The notes under the pieces are model-generated. The model made no database searches and was not told the DNA's origin. It saw only the letters and a list, made by a program, of their open reading frames with translations. The position numbers were made by a program, and so were the translations under genes. From an uncultured virus (IMG/VR IMGVR_UViG_2687453430_000003) (Duplodnaviria; Heunggongvirae; Uroviricota; Caudoviricetes): a stretch of DNA of 25,761 nt. This document shows positions 24,722-25,761 of this stretch, one piece after another; within the stretch, counting starts at the first letter, position 1, and every line of letters begins with the position of its first letter. The DNA lies in IMG/VR virus record IMGVR_UViG_2687453430_000003, one strand, 5' to 3'.

Positions 24722-25761
24722 AGGCTGAGGCCTGGCGCGTCGACAAAATGGGGGAATATAAGGCGCACACTTTCGACGAAGCGTGTGTGCGTTGGCTGAA
24801 CGAGAAACAGCACAAGAAAAGCCTGGATGATGACAAAAGCCGGATCGGATTCTGGCTTATGCATTTCCGGGGGATGGATTTGTCAGCTATCACAGAGGAT
24901 AGGATTTTATCAGCCGTTAGCTCAATGGTTAACCGCAAGCACAGGATGAACTGGGAAGCCAGGCGCGATAGTTGCATGAGGAAAGGAAAGCCGGTGCCGG
25001 AGTTCAGGGATAAACCCGCTGCGCAGGCCACAAAAACGACTCACCTCGCTTTCATCCGCGCATTGCTGCGTTGCGCGGCCAACGAATGGCGTTGGATAGC
25101 CAAAGCGCCGAACATCAAATGCCCGGTGCCAAAAAACAAGCGTATTCGCTGGCTGACCAAAGAAGAAGCAGCAAATCTGATTCGGGAATTGCCTGATCAC
25201 ATGAAGCCGGTCGTAATTTTTGCGCTGGCGACCGGTCTTCGCAGGTCAAACATTATCGATCTGGAGTGGGCGCAAATTGACATGCAAAGGAAAGTGGCGT
25301 GGGTTCATCCGGAGGATGCAAAAGCAGGAAGGGCGATTGGGGTCGCCCTTAACGATTCTGCGCGCAAAGTTCTGATGGATCAGATGGGGAAGCATAACCG
25401 GTGGGTCTTTGTTCACACAGAATCATCAGTTCGTCCTGATGGAACGAGAACAAAGGCAGTACGCAAAATGAGAGCTGATGCTAACACAGCATGGCGCGCA
25501 GCATTAAGGCGGGCGGGGATAGAAAATTTCCGTTTTCACGATCTGCGGCATACCTGGGCAAGCTGGCTTGTTCAGTCCGGTGTACCACTCAGCGCGCTAC
25601 AGGAAATGGGGGGATGGGAAAGCATAGAAATGGTGCAGCGTTATGCGCATCTGGCACCAAATCACCTGACGCAACACGCCATGCAAATTGATGCATTCCT
25701 GGCGGGGAATGGCACAAATATGGCACAAGGCGCTTTTGCTGAACTGGTGAATATCGCGTGA
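24598..25761 (+). CDS. int: Tyrosine integrase, P22/DLP12 type
   Basis: 387 aa. [27 protein letters not shown]. Strongly resembles P22 Int. Confidence 0.97.
   Translation: MSIKQRAGTWHCDFVTPGGVRIRRSLGTADKRQAQELHDKLKAEAWRVDKMGEYKAHTFDEACVRWLNEKQHKKSLDDDKSRIGFWLMHFRGMDLSAITEDRILSAVSSMVNRKHRMNWEARRDSCMRKGKPVPEFRDKPAAQATKTTHLAFIRALLRCAANEWRWIAKAPNIKCPVPKNKRIRWLTKEEAANLIRELPDHMKPVVIFALATGLRRSNIIDLEWAQIDMQRKVAWVHPEDAKAGRAIGVALNDSARKVLMDQMGKHNRWVFVHTESSVRPDGTRTKAVRKMRADANTAWRAALRRAGIENFRFHDLRHTWASWLVQSGVPLSALQEMGGWESIEMVQRYAHLAPNHLTQHAMQIDAFLAGNGTNMAQGAFAELVNIA
25709..25728 (+). repeat. Tandem repeat, probable integrase arm-type sites
   Basis: ATGGCACAA twice at 11-bp spacing in the 3' end of int. 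Confidence 0.55.

Larger units (their letters stand above)
1..25761. mobile_element. Lambdoid prophage segment (head genes to integrase)
   Basis: Continuous lambdoid gene order: packaging - lysis - Q - nin - replication - cro/cI - Red recombination - xis/int. No host genes seen. The att site lies outside the window. Confidence 0.98.

Overview
The whole window is part of a temperate lambdoid prophage of an enterobacterium. It runs from the head genes (left, minus strand) to the integrase (right end, plus strand). Minus strand, read from pR: cro, a cII/YdaT-like gene, O-type initiator with an iteron origin, DnaB-like helicase, ren, Ea22/Eaa/HNH accessory genes, ninA/B/E/G, phage-82-type Q, pR'/tR', dual-start holin, lysozyme, Rz/Rz1, a metallopeptidase, TerS, TerL, portal and a truncated head-morphogenesis gene. 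Plus strand: cI, a lipoprotein in the rex position, pL with a long structured leader and no recognisable N gene, KilR-like, gam/bet/exo, two tandem methyltransferases, ASCH-like, TraR-like, xis and a P22-type int. The most striking unexplained element lies between tR' and the holin (about 6198-6514). It is a cassette of two convergent small transcription units, each with its own sigma70-like promoter and terminator. One is a ~160-nt, potentially doubly pseudoknotted RNA. The other is a ~80-nt hairpin sRNA whose loop is perfectly complementary over 13 nt to the first, suggesting an RNA/anti-RNA or type I toxin-antitoxin-like module. A second closed-stem, kissing-loop RNA of similar architecture sits in the pL leader. 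Family assignments come from motif recognition and recall, not database searches.
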